Under the pieces are notes generated by a model. That model was not told the origin of the DNA, did not search any database, and saw nothing but the letters and a program-made list of their open reading frames with translations. Shown here piece after piece: positions 9,136-18,408 of a stretch of DNA of 64,000 bases; the stretch's first letter is position 1, and every line of letters starts with the position of its first letter. The stretch covers positions 192,658 to 256,657 of the IMG/VR virus record IMGVR_UViG_3300014590_000001; one strand, written 5' to 3'. This DNA comes from a virus. Taxonomy: Duplodnaviria > Caudoviricetes. The translations under genes and the position numbers were made by a program.

Positions 9136-10893
9136 TTATTCAGCAGGTTTCGCTGCAACAGTAATCTCAAACGAATTTGAAATGAATCCACGCTTGCTAA
9201 CTTCCAGCGTAATCTTCTCAGCTTCCACGGCAGGAGCGTCGAGAGTTACAGTGAACAGGCCAGCGCCGTCGATTGTCACATTGGCAGCGCGAGCACAAAC
9301 GATAGTCGCATTCGGTTCAGTAGAACCTGTCAGCGTAGTATCGTCAGCAACGATTGGATCATTCATCAGAATCAGAGTTTGCAGCGCTTCAGGCGTTACC
9401 ACTAACGTTTTGTCTGCGTAATGTTCTTTGCGGAACGTGAGAGTTTCAGCAGAGTTCATCGCAGGGCCAGTCAGTGAGTAGGTTCCATCGAGCATCACAG
9501 TACCGACGTTTGCGCCGTCGATATAAATTTCTGCGCCGACTTCACCAGTACCATTGATATCAGTTTCACCAACATAAACTTTTTGTGCAGTTGGATTAAC
9601 TTGTACCAGCAGATCTTTAACTTCGAAGTCCAAAGTTTTGGAATCGAAGAATGCGCTCGTGATCGTAACAGAAGCATCACCAGCATTCAGAGCAGGAACA
9701 TTGAAACTAAACGCGCCGTTCACAACGTTAGCATTGTGAGTGCCGTCCAGAGTTACCAACTCAGCTTTCACATCGTTAGCATTCGGACTAACAACCACAG
9801 TACCGGAAACAACAGTTTCACCTTCGTAAACTTCAGCGACAGTCACCGCACCGAAAGTATTTTTATTCGGAGTGCGAGTTACAGAAGTTTCGGTGAAGCC
9901 TGTAGATTTCACAGTGACTTTCACATCACCTTCAATAGCGCCGCATACCACTTCAAACTCAGTAACGCCATTCGGAATTGCGTCAGTAATCAGAGGCTGT
10001 CCAGCGATTTCAATTTCAACATAAACACCAACTGGCTGCGCTTCGGTCAGCGTAAGAATCACATGCTCGTCCAGATAGTCCGGAGTTTGCATACCGATGT
10101 TTGCAACACGATCCGCCTGATCAACAGTTACGGTCACGTCGAGATAATCTTCGTGAACAAACTTGATTGTCAGAACGCCAGCAGGTTGAGTAACAGTAAG
10201 TTCAAACTTACCATCAACACTCACAACGTCTGCATCCATAACGTTGCCGTCATTGAACAGAGTTACAGCAGCGCCAGCAATTGTGGTGCCGGAAACTTTG
10301 TCACCGTAGATCGTGTACGCATCAATTGTCGGCTGCGGGAACGGTTGCAGTGCCGGAGCTTCAACAGTGAACGAAACTTTTTTAGTTTCGAATTTATCTT
10401 TGATGAAACTTACTTCAACCAAAGCACCGGAAGTTAAACCAGTTGCCGGAATGCTAAAAGTATTTCCAGCTTCGGCAAACACTGCCAGAATATTCCCACC
10501 AACAACCGCCTGAACTTGCGTACCTACCGGAGCCAAACCAGCAATGTGAGTATCGCCAGCAGTTACCGGAAGAGTTACGTTCGTGTAAGCAGGGAATTTC
10601 TGATCGTTCGGTTCAGGCATATCCTGCGGGTTAATCAGTTTCAGTTGGCGGCTTGCGAAAACTTGTTTCAGTTCAGCAGATGCCAACAGATTTGCCAGCG
10701 GTGCGTAATCAGTCAGATCGACAGCAGCACCGGAAACCGGAATGATCACGTCGCGCATACGGAAGTCAGAACCGAGTACGCGGAAAGAAATTTGCCCACG
10801 CGGGAAACTGTTATTGCGTACCCACATGGAAGGATCAGTCAGAATATTCGTTTTCAGAATTTGTTCAAACTGATCGAGAGTAATATAACTCAT
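9136..10893 (-). CDS. virion surface protein with tandem Ig-like repeats
   Basis: Roughly 80-aa V/T/G-rich repeats (D..V.GT...GA.V...G.F.L....) after a ~95-aa N-terminal domain. Confidence 0.7.
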   Translation of the reverse strand: MSYITLDQFEQILKTNILTDPSMWVRNNSFPRGQISFRVLGSDFRMRDVIIPVSGAAVDLTDYAPLANLLASAELKQVFASRQLKLINPQDMPEPNDQKFPAYTNVTLPVTAGDTHIAGLAPVGTQVQAVVGGNILAVFAEAGNTFSIPATGLTSGALVEVSFIKDKFETKKVSFTVEAPALQPFPQPTIDAYTIYGDKVSGTTIAGAAVTLFNDGNVMDADVVSVDGKFELTVTQPAGVLTIKFVHEDYLDVTVTVDQADRVANIGMQTPDYLDEHVILTLTEAQPVGVYVEIEIAGQPLITDAIPNGVTEFEVVCGAIEGDVKVTVKSTGFTETSVTRTPNKNTFGAVTVAEVYEGETVVSGTVVVSPNANDVKAELVTLDGTHNANVVNGAFSFNVPALNAGDASVTITSAFFDSKTLDFEVKDLLVQVNPTAQKVYVGETDINGTGEVGAEIYIDGANVGTVMLDGTYSLTGPAMNSAETLTFRKEHYADKTLVVTPEALQTLILMNDPIVADDTTLTGSTEPNATIVCARAANVTIDGAGLFTVTLDAPAVEAEKITLEVSKRGFISNSFEITVAAKPAE

Positions 10894-11540
10894 TTCGTTT
10901 TCTCCAAAAGAGAGTTTAAGGCGAAACAGAATATCTGATATTTTTTCGGAGTCAGTCCGAGCGCGTTGCCCAAACTAAATTCCGTCGAAGTAAGTGTTGA
11001 GGTTACTTCAGCAAAACGCGCTTCGTCACTCATATGTTGCAGCATCCAAATCTGATATTCAGGAAATGTTTGCTGCAAGAACGAATGCACATAATCGACA
11101 GACGGAACAGTACCGACGTTGTAATCAAAGTCTCTTTCCTTGCAAGAAAGATCCAGAACATTGATAAACGTACTCAAACAAATTGCAAGACGCGCACGAG
11201 TCTGCGCACGACGCACAGTTGCCTCCAGTTGCTTTTGATCAAACTCACCAAGTTCGGAAAACAATCCTTTCTTGTAATAAGCGATCTCTTTGCTACTGAT
11301 AGGACGATCAGAACTTTCTTTTCTATCCTGCGCAAGACAACCTGTTTCGGTTGCAGTCGTGCAATACTGGCAACGAGTCATCGGGCACATACCGCGATAG
11401 CGGAACGGCGTTGAGGATTCTTCCAGTTCAGGACAAAGGTTGATCGGACGTGTATCAACTTTAATCGGAATGCTTTTCTGTTTGCGTTTCTTTGCCACTT
11501 TCGGCAAATCATTTTTGCGTTTCTTTACTGCGGTCGCCAT
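10890..11540 (-). CDS. hypothetical protein, K-rich N-terminus and Cys cluster
   Basis: 216-aa ORF with CP...CP..RCQYC.......GC. Confidence 0.7.
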   Translation of the reverse strand: MATAVKKRKNDLPKVAKKRKQKSIPIKVDTRPINLCPELEESSTPFRYRGMCPMTRCQYCTTATETGCLAQDRKESSDRPISSKEIAYYKKGLFSELGEFDQKQLEATVRRAQTRARLAICLSTFINVLDLSCKERDFDYNVGTVPSVDYVHSFLQQTFPEYQIWMLQHMSDEARFAEVTSTLTSTEFSLGNALGLTPKKYQIFCFALNSLLEKTK

Positions 11541-11595
11541 CTTGAGAATCCTGTATACAGATTTATCTATTAGTATCTATTTACAGTTAAAAGTT

Positions 11596-12255
11596 TCAAA
11601 ACTCAGGATGTGCAATCGCATATTTCAAAGAGGTCACGTTGCGTTTCGGCTGATCGTGGTACGTAGTTTTATGATCGAGAATATAAATCGTCGCACTCTG
11701 TTCATAAGCATTTGCCAGCCCGAAAATAAATTGAGAGGCTCGCGTCTGAAGTTCAGTAATGCCGTACCACGCAAAGGAAGTTTCAATCACACGCAATTCT
11801 TTTCCGTTGCGATCTTTCGGAATTTCATTTTCTGCAACATTGATTGTGTGCGTTCCGGTAGATTCGATCATTCCGATCACAACATCTTCCGGAGAGAAAT
11901 AGCCAGCAGGTTTTTCTTCGGCAACGTAGCCCAACGGATCAACAGAAAAGATAAATGACGTGTAGTTTTTATCTTCCACCCTCTCAGTAACAATTCCGCG
12001 AAGGATAAGTTTGCATCCTATATCTGGATTTACAACAGGCCAAACTTGTTTGCCGACAATCTGGTGAATATCTTTGATAAGTTTTTTAACGTCAGTCCAC
12101 GTAGAACAAAACTGAAATTCTTCCAGTTGAGTTCCATGTGTAGTTTTCGAAACCTGCCCAGGCGCAATGTACTCAATCTTAGCATTGAACAAAGATTCAA
12201 GAAGAGACAGAGCCAGTTTGTTGCACTGCGGAGGATTGAAAGAAAGGTCGGTCAT
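11596..12255 (-). CDS. hypothetical protein
   Basis: 219-aa ORF co-oriented within the operon. Confidence 0.7.
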   Translation of the reverse strand: MTDLSFNPPQCNKLALSLLESLFNAKIEYIAPGQVSKTTHGTQLEEFQFCSTWTDVKKLIKDIHQIVGKQVWPVVNPDIGCKLILRGIVTERVEDKNYTSFIFSVDPLGYVAEEKPAGYFSPEDVVIGMIESTGTHTINVAENEIPKDRNGKELRVIETSFAWYGITELQTRASQFIFGLANAYEQSATIYILDHKTTYHDQPKRNVTSLKYAIAHPEF

Positions 12256-12266
12256 TTTTATCTCGC

Positions 12267-12815
12267 TTATAGTTTGGGGGAATTGAGGAAGCGATCGATT
12301 AACTTATGTATCTGCTTCTGAATTCCAGCAAAGGGTGTGAGTTCGTTGAGCTTATAAAACGTGTACACTCCAATCAACATGGCATCAAATTCGTGAATCG
12401 CTTTCTTACTCTTTTTGGAAGTAAGATTGTATTCAGCGTACAGCGCCTTTAAATTCTCATGTCGATTGAAAGCGTTTTTCCATTGCGATGCAGTGATCAC
12501 AAAGAATGGAATTTTCTTCTTGTGGCAATAGAATGCCATTACACCGAGCATGATACTGATTGCTTCGATGGTGTTACCGCCGAGGCCGCGTGATTGGAAG
12601 CGTTCAAAACACATCGCATCAAACGGGCCATATTGTTTGTCGATTGAGGAAATTTCATCAATGAATTTTTTCGTCACGCTGCGAAGATCGCCAGTCAAAT
12701 TTTGAATTGGACTGCCAAACATTCGTGTCCCAATGATATCAAGTTTATTGCCGTCAACATTGAGAACAGAGAGAGCGAAGTTCACTTTTCCTGGGTCGCC
12801 AGATAAAATGCGCAT
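12267..12815 (-). CDS. RuvC-like Holliday junction resolvase
   Basis: RNase H-fold motifs ILSGDPGKVNFALS, CFERFQ, ITASQWK and HEFDAMLIG, with GGAG SD. Confidence 0.8.
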   Translation of the reverse strand: MRILSGDPGKVNFALSVLNVDGNKLDIIGTRMFGSPIQNLTGDLRSVTKKFIDEISSIDKQYGPFDAMCFERFQSRGLGGNTIEAISIMLGVMAFYCHKKKIPFFVITASQWKNAFNRHENLKALYAEYNLTSKKSKKAIHEFDAMLIGVYTFYKLNELTPFAGIQKQIHKLIDRFLNSPKL

Positions 12816-12883
12816 ACGAATCTCCTTTTATTTGTCCTTATAAATAATCATTCGTACAAGCAAAGGTAGAATAAAATATTATC

Positions 12884-12892
12884 AGTAATTTT
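12884..12892 (+). promoter_or_regulatory. AGTAATTTT class 2 (late-like) promoter motif
   Basis: Recurring STAATTT 25-45 nt upstream of probable virion genes. Confidence 0.5.
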
Positions 12893-12933
12893 CAGCTAGG
12901 TGGTACATAGCGTGCTATTAGAGGAAAGCAATT

Positions 12934-14049
12934 ATGAGTTGGTTAACTGGAGGAAAGCAGCGCAACACATACAAGCGACATAAAACTTATGAACATGATC
13001 GCGTTCAGAAAAGATTGGACAGTGTAATTGAAATTGTCCAATCGAAAGTTGAACAGGCGTTGTCGGTAGACAGCACCAAAGTGATCATTTTCAAGAAAGC
13101 GAAATTCGGTTTGGTATGTAGCTGCAACCGCGTAGAAAATAGTTTCGATGATGTGCTTGAAGGTGGCATGAAAAGTGTCATGAGCGAAAGTGACGGCGAA
13201 GCGCGTGGAAACGGCATTGAAGTTAAGCCCGTTGGAAACACAATGTTTGGCGGCAAAAATCGCGGAGCAATTGCACTGGATGATATGATTCCTGCGAATG
13301 CTCACGCGGTTTTAGATGCAGCCGATATGTTGAGTGATGGCGAAGATGAAGATCAACGTTGGGATGGCGGTAACGTAGTTAACTGCGGCATTTGCTATCG
13401 ACAAGGTTTTCAGCCTGGGTTCCAATCTACGGGTTATATCTACAACGTAATGACGCATCACCACGTTCAAAAACTTTCAGGTTACACTCTGGATCAATCT
13501 ACCGCGCCAACAACGTTTCGTCTTGAGCGTAAAACTGGTTACGTGGAATTCGATACACTGATTCCAAAGTATTTCAAGAAAGCGCAGTTTAGTATTCGCG
13601 TGAACGATGTTGTTCTTTCTCCTTCGAAAAAACTTCTCGCTGTTATCAATGGAACTGAAACTGCGTTGAGTATGGATTTGCTGAAGAAGTATAAAGGCCA
13701 GCACATTCGCATTCGCGTGAAAGATATTGAAGCGTTCACACACGCCACTTTGATTTTTGATTTGGGTGTGGATGATATCAATGGAAACATCAGCGAAGAA
13801 GCAAACATTTTAAACTACGATCAAGAATTGACAGTCGGTAATATTACGGTAGTGCTTCCTGCGCGTAGTGGTATGATCGAACCTGAAGATATTCTCGTTC
13901 TGCCGTTTAAACGTTATGTTTTAAAAGTGACTGAAGCACCAAAGAAACGTACTGCGAAAAATCAGTCGTGGGAATGGGTTGTCACAACGCGTCCGGTACA
14001 GCGAAAGGAATTGCAGTACAACATTAATAAAGGATATGACTTGAGGTAA
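12934..14049 (+). CDS. probable virion structural (neck/head-completion-like) protein
   Basis: CSC...CGICY..GF motif, beta-rich C-terminus (DIL......VL.V.E...), class 2 promoter and GAGG SD. Confidence 0.55.
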   Translation: MSWLTGGKQRNTYKRHKTYEHDRVQKRLDSVIEIVQSKVEQALSVDSTKVIIFKKAKFGLVCSCNRVENSFDDVLEGGMKSVMSESDGEARGNGIEVKPVGNTMFGGKNRGAIALDDMIPANAHAVLDAADMLSDGEDEDQRWDGGNVVNCGICYRQGFQPGFQSTGYIYNVMTHHHVQKLSGYTLDQSTAPTTFRLERKTGYVEFDTLIPKYFKKAQFSIRVNDVVLSPSKKLLAVINGTETALSMDLLKKYKGQHIRIRVKDIEAFTHATLIFDLGVDDINGNISEEANILNYDQELTVGNITVVLPARSGMIEPEDILVLPFKRYVLKVTEAPKKRTAKNQSWEWVVTTRPVQRKELQYNINKGYDLR

Positions 14050-14051
14050 TC

Positions 14052-14591
14052 ATGCAGACACAAATCGTTTTAAATGCGCCCGATCCGGTTGACGATATTC
14101 CAAAGGATTGGTACGCGAAAAACAAACTGACTAACGAAAGTTTGGTTGAAGATGATTCGCGTGAAGGTACAATTTCGCTACGCAAAGATCATGTGCGTCA
14201 GGCCGATGCCGTTGATGTTCGTGAAACGAGTGTACGTGCGGTGAGTGACGCGGAAGAGTGTCGCTTGCGTGAACTGTATAGCGTTCCGGAAGGGCAAGAA
14301 GTTACTCCGATCCAACGTTTGTTTGCTGGCCTCGCGCAAGATCTGCAAAACATTGTGCGCGGATCTGTTCAGCGTAAATCAGGCATTATGCAAAGTGAAT
14401 CGAAAGCAAAATCTAAGAGCGCATTAGCTCGCAGTAAAATGCTGAAGATGATCATGCCTGAATTGAGCCGTGAACAAGGCGAAGCATTGGCGAATGCCAT
14501 TGGAAAGAACGATGGCGATGCTGTAGCGTCGATTATGACGCAGATCGGGCGTAAACTTCAAAAACAACTAAACGAGAAAAAACGAAAGTGA
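14052..14591 (+). CDS. hypothetical protein
   Basis: 179-aa ORF with GAGGT SD. Confidence 0.7.
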   Translation: MQTQIVLNAPDPVDDIPKDWYAKNKLTNESLVEDDSREGTISLRKDHVRQADAVDVRETSVRAVSDAEECRLRELYSVPEGQEVTPIQRLFAGLAQDLQNIVRGSVQRKSGIMQSESKAKSKSALARSKMLKMIMPELSREQGEALANAIGKNDGDAVASIMTQIGRKLQKQLNEKKRK

Positions 14592-15009
14592 GTAGAATAG
14601 GGTCACGGGGGCGTTTTAAGGCACTTCTACACAACTTCGTGATCCGCTCTTTTTAAGAGTCAGACATTCTTCTCATAAATCAATGACTTACAGAATCAAG
14701 CAAAAATTACGCACGAGTTTCGTTTGACGAGCTTTCGCCTTCTTTTGAGTAGATTGCTGTTTCTACGCTGTCTAGGGTAGGGTGTACTGAGTAGAGGTAT
14801 AGTGTGTAGTTATACCTACAGCGGAGCGCAATGCCGGGAGCCACCAGGCCCATGCCAGCCCGGCCCAGCCGTACAGCGCAGAGGATATAGGTTCTATATT
14901 CTGTTATCCTCTAAATGTTTTTAAAATAAAAGATACAAAAAGAAAAGGCGCGGATCGGGATCGAGGTTCGGGAAAATTCTGTAAAGATCCATTGGTTTCT
15001 CGTTAAATC
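14592..15009. other. long non-coding region, candidate replication origin (nested hairpins, IHF box, GC patch, AT-rich tract)
   Basis: Largest gap in the window. Inverted repeats cgctgt/acagcg, aggtata/tatacct and agaggata/tatcctct, plus an A/T tract at ~14912-14946. Confidence 0.4.
14678..14690 (+). promoter_or_regulatory. IHF consensus site
   Basis: AATCAATGACTTA is an exact match to WATCAANNNNTTR. Confidence 0.5.
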
Positions 15010-16671
15010 ATGTTTAGGTATGTTATGGATACTTTCATCATTAAGAATCCTGCATATCAGGAACTTTCCACGGTCGAATGGGTTCGCAAGAATGTTATCT
15101 TTGCGTGTCCTTATGACGGGCCAGCAGAAAAAGAGTGGGAATTCAGGGATCAGATTTCTACTTTCTTCTGGCATATTCTCCACTGCACACTTTATAACAG
15201 CAAGTTCAAAAACGTTAAGCGTCTTCCTGCTATTCCTTTCCCGTTTGTTTTAGGTTCCGCTAAACTGCCTTTAGTTTTCGGATCTGGAAGTGAGACAACG
15301 GCGAAAGCGAATTATTCAGGGAAATCGTCAACGGCAATTACTCGCTCTTTGAATTGGCTTAGGGAAAATGTTCTGGATGTGTCAGGTTATAAGTTTGGCG
15401 CAGCAGGATCGGAGTGTAGAACTTTCCGCATCAAACGTGAAGTGTTTGAGGGTATGTATCCGCACTGTCCAAAAACTCCGGATGAAATTCTCCGGAAGAC
15501 AAGATATTGCAGTCCTAAGTTTTTACGCAGCACTCCTATTGGGAAAACGCTGACTGATATTCTCGCAAAGAAATCGGTTAACGCTTTAGGTTTGCCATCA
15601 CACGATTTTGAAGCGCTGCATCGCAGTACGGATCGTGAGGCACGAAAACTTTATAAGGAAGTTTTATCTCGTCAGGAACCGATCACGTTAACGCTTCTTC
15701 CAATTGCGGAAGAGTTGAGTCGCCTGAGCAATTTCTTTAGTATGCAAGGACGCTCGCGTTATCGTCTTGTGTTTTCCAACACAATGAATATTTTGTCCGG
15801 AAAGTTTACGTGTCACAATCTGGATGAAATGAAAATTTCTTATCTGCCTACATATCGTGTGAGTCCAGTTGGCGGTCGTTTGTATGAATGCGGTGGCGGT
15901 TTTCAAAACATGCCGCGCAGCATTAAAGAGCGGTGCCACATTAAAGGCTACAACCACGATATGAAAAGCAGCCAACTAAACATTTTAAAACTTGAGTTCG
16001 AGCGCAACAATATTCGTTGTAACTCAATTCGAGATTTTAAAAGCGTTGCAGATTTTGGCGCACCTTACGGTTTGTCGAAAGAGGATACGAAAGTTTGTTT
16101 CTATGCGACGGTGTTTAGTATTGGTCAAGCGCTTCACTCAAAGTCTTGTTGGCATAGCGAACCTCTACGCGTGATTGCAAAATCAAAACGCGCTGAGTGT
16201 ATCCGTCGTGCGGCGAAACAATTGAAGAAAAAATATAAGGATCTTTCAATGCTACAACCTGTGATCGATAAGGCTCGCAAGTTGATGGTCAAAGAAACTT
16301 TCCGTATTCGTGATATTTGGAACAAAGAAAATGAATCTTTAACTCTGGCGCTTGAAGCATTGTGTGATACGTATATTTCTAAGGCTCGCAAGGTCAAAGA
16401 AAATTCCGTGTTAACTAATGCAGTCGGTGTGCGATTCTCTTGGCGTTCCGATTCAATTGACTACAAAATTCGCAAACAAATTCTGAGTCACATGATCACT
16501 GGAATCGAAACAAAACTTTTGTTCGATATGATTTTGTCAAACAATGTTAAAGTCTTTTCCTTTGAACACGATGGCGCGTTAATCAGTCGAGCGAAAGTTT
16601 CGTCTGAGGGTATCGAATGGGTTCGTAAACCTTTCGATGAAACTTCTTACCAATATTTCAAAAATCTGTAA
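15010..16671 (+). CDS. divergent PolA/T7-RNAP-fold nucleotidyltransferase-like protein
   Basis: GGRLY...FQNMP, motif A-like NHDMKSSQLNIL, motif B-like TKVCFYATVF and motif C-like SFEHDGAL. No exonuclease motifs seen. Confidence 0.55.
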   Translation: MFRYVMDTFIIKNPAYQELSTVEWVRKNVIFACPYDGPAEKEWEFRDQISTFFWHILHCTLYNSKFKNVKRLPAIPFPFVLGSAKLPLVFGSGSETTAKANYSGKSSTAITRSLNWLRENVLDVSGYKFGAAGSECRTFRIKREVFEGMYPHCPKTPDEILRKTRYCSPKFLRSTPIGKTLTDILAKKSVNALGLPSHDFEALHRSTDREARKLYKEVLSRQEPITLTLLPIAEELSRLSNFFSMQGRSRYRLVFSNTMNILSGKFTCHNLDEMKISYLPTYRVSPVGGRLYECGGGFQNMPRSIKERCHIKGYNHDMKSSQLNILKLEFERNNIRCNSIRDFKSVADFGAPYGLSKEDTKVCFYATVFSIGQALHSKSCWHSEPLRVIAKSKRAECIRRAAKQLKKKYKDLSMLQPVIDKARKLMVKETFRIRDIWNKENESLTLALEALCDTYISKARKVKENSVLTNAVGVRFSWRSDSIDYKIRKQILSHMITGIETKLLFDMILSNNVKVFSFEHDGALISRAKVSSEGIEWVRKPFDETSYQYFKNL

Positions 16672-16672
16672 A
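16662..16672 (+). promoter_or_regulatory. AAATCTGTAAA class 1 promoter motif
   Basis: Exact copy overlapping the stop codon of the upstream gene. Confidence 0.65.
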
Positions 16673-16707
16673 TAAGTTTCAGATACCGCAGTGTTGGAGA
16701 TTATATC

Positions 16708-17880
16708 GTGCCTACTAAAAAAGCACGGCAAAAACCGTTAACAGAAGAGGAAATGCGTAAAGAGGTGCTATTAAAGTCTCCGCTTCCTGCGTGGCAGAAA
16801 GAAGAGATTCGCGCTGGTCGCATTCCTGAAGCGTCGGAAACAAAGGCTGTAAAGAAAGTTAAGAAAGTAAAATCGAAACCTGAAGAAAAAGAGGTTGCTG
16901 ATAAAAAGGTGAAACCCAAACCGAAGGTGAAGATTAAAAAAGAGAGGACGTTGAAAATTTATCAACTGGCTGCGCTATACGAGTATTATCATCGTAACAC
17001 CGTGCTGGAAGATTATTCGCGCTGTCCTCCAATAACGATTGCAGAGGCTACGGAACTGGTCAAAGATATTAAGTCTTCTGATCTGGAATCGTGGCCTGAA
17101 GTTGATCGTTTATTTAAAAATCATCCAACACCTTCACGCGAAAATAAGAACGTTCTCGTGCAACATCAATACGATGACATTCGAGAGTTTCGACACGCTC
17201 TTATCGAGAAGGAAATTTATGTCGGTATCAGTATTCCGTTGTTCATCGAACATTTGAAAATCGATCTGGATGATCCGATCATGCTAAGTTTTTCTTACGT
17301 GTGGTCTGGTTACATTAAGACGATGATCGAACGTAAAAAGAAGCGCGGCGATATTCTTTCGCGTCACGCATCTACCGTTAAGGACGGAGTGTATTGTTTC
17401 GAGATTGAGTGTAACGCAGAGCAAGCAAAAATCTTAGACCGCTATTGTGAAGTTGCGCATGGCACTTTGATCGCTGCCCGTGATTATCTCAAGACTTTAG
17501 GCAAACGCGCTCCGTACAAGCTGGACAAAATCAGCAATAAACTTGCTACTCAAATTCGCGCAGAGCATGGCTTCGAAGATGTTCCGCGCAGTTTGGTTGT
17601 CAGCGCCCTTAACGGCTACGCACATAAAGTAAAATTCGATCCTAGCAAAGAGTTTAAAAAAGAACTCTCTCGGTTCTACCTGAAAGATTCTTTTAAACTG
17701 CAAGAAGATTCTCTGACTGTCGGTAAAGCCAAAGATATTGCTATTCGAAAAGTTGTGAGCGGTGAACCACTGACGTTTAAAGTTGTTGGCGTGAGTTTCC
17801 AGCGCGTTTCTCCTTTGGTGTATACGGTCGCGATTCAGTATTGCGATATCGAATACCAGCGGAGTAAATTTTCTAAATAG
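16708..17880 (+). CDS. hypothetical protein; C-terminal half resembles TnpB N-terminal HTH/REC/WED region, no RuvC
   Basis: YCFEIECNAEQAKILDR...FEDVPRSLVVSAL...LTVGKAKDIAIRK...VGVSFQRVSPLVYTVAIQY parallels the IS605 OrfB pattern, by eye. Confidence 0.5.
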   Translation: MPTKKARQKPLTEEEMRKEVLLKSPLPAWQKEEIRAGRIPEASETKAVKKVKKVKSKPEEKEVADKKVKPKPKVKIKKERTLKIYQLAALYEYYHRNTVLEDYSRCPPITIAEATELVKDIKSSDLESWPEVDRLFKNHPTPSRENKNVLVQHQYDDIREFRHALIEKEIYVGISIPLFIEHLKIDLDDPIMLSFSYVWSGYIKTMIERKKKRGDILSRHASTVKDGVYCFEIECNAEQAKILDRYCEVAHGTLIAARDYLKTLGKRAPYKLDKISNKLATQIRAEHGFEDVPRSLVVSALNGYAHKVKFDPSKEFKKELSRFYLKDSFKLQEDSLTVGKAKDIAIRKVVSGEPLTFKVVGVSFQRVSPLVYTVAIQYCDIEYQRSKFSK

Positions 17881-17883
17881 TTT

Positions 17884-17908
17884 AAGCCTCTTCGGAGGCT
17901 TTTCTTTT
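17884..17908 (+). terminator. intrinsic terminator
   Basis: AAGCCTC-ttcg-GAGGCTT followed by a T-rich tail. Confidence 0.85.
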
Positions 17909-17932
17909 ATCTTATTTTCGGGAAAGATAATT

Positions 17933-18397
17933 ATGAGTAGTAACGAACGTTTAGCGGAATTGATCCGCGAGCGTCATGCTCTTATGCGCGAAACTTTCTG
18001 GAACACTTTCAATGCCTTCGAAAAATCATTCGCTATCACTAACGATCCTTTCTTCCCTGATGCTGAGTGGCTGCTTACTAAGCGCAGTATGCACTTACGC
18101 ATGGGCAAGGGAACCGGTCATAGTACGTTTGCAAAAGAACTGGCAGAGAAACACAACGCCTTTCTTTTAACAATGGATCACGAATCAATTACTGGTGAAT
18201 ATTCTTTCACTCATAATCGGTTGCGTGAGTTATACCATAAAGTTTTTGAATCTGGCGACAAGCCTACCCTGTTCGTTATTGACGATGCTTATCAGTTTGG
18301 TGGACGGATTGAATCCCTCGCACAAAGACTCATTAAGTTCCGCGACGTTTTAGGTGAGGCTTACATTCAGCAGGTTCGCTTTGTGCTTCTAAACTAA
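17933..18397 (+). CDS. small degenerate P-loop NTPase-like protein
   Basis: MGKGTGHSTF (Walker A-like, K>H) and LFVIDDA (Walker B-like). Confidence 0.55.
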   Translation: MSSNERLAELIRERHALMRETFWNTFNAFEKSFAITNDPFFPDAEWLLTKRSMHLRMGKGTGHSTFAKELAEKHNAFLLTMDHESITGEYSFTHNRLRELYHKVFESGDKPTLFVIDDAYQFGGRIESLAQRLIKFRDVLGEAYIQQVRFVLLN

Positions 18398-18408
18398 GGA
18401 GACAGAAA

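Noticed and set aside
9583-10437. 284-aa plus-strand ORF inside the Ig-repeat gene
   Set aside because: Antisense shadow.
16708-17908. Intact IS200/IS605 element
   Set aside because: No tnpA, RuvC motifs, zinc finger or recognisable IS ends. It is kept only as a possible domesticated fragment.
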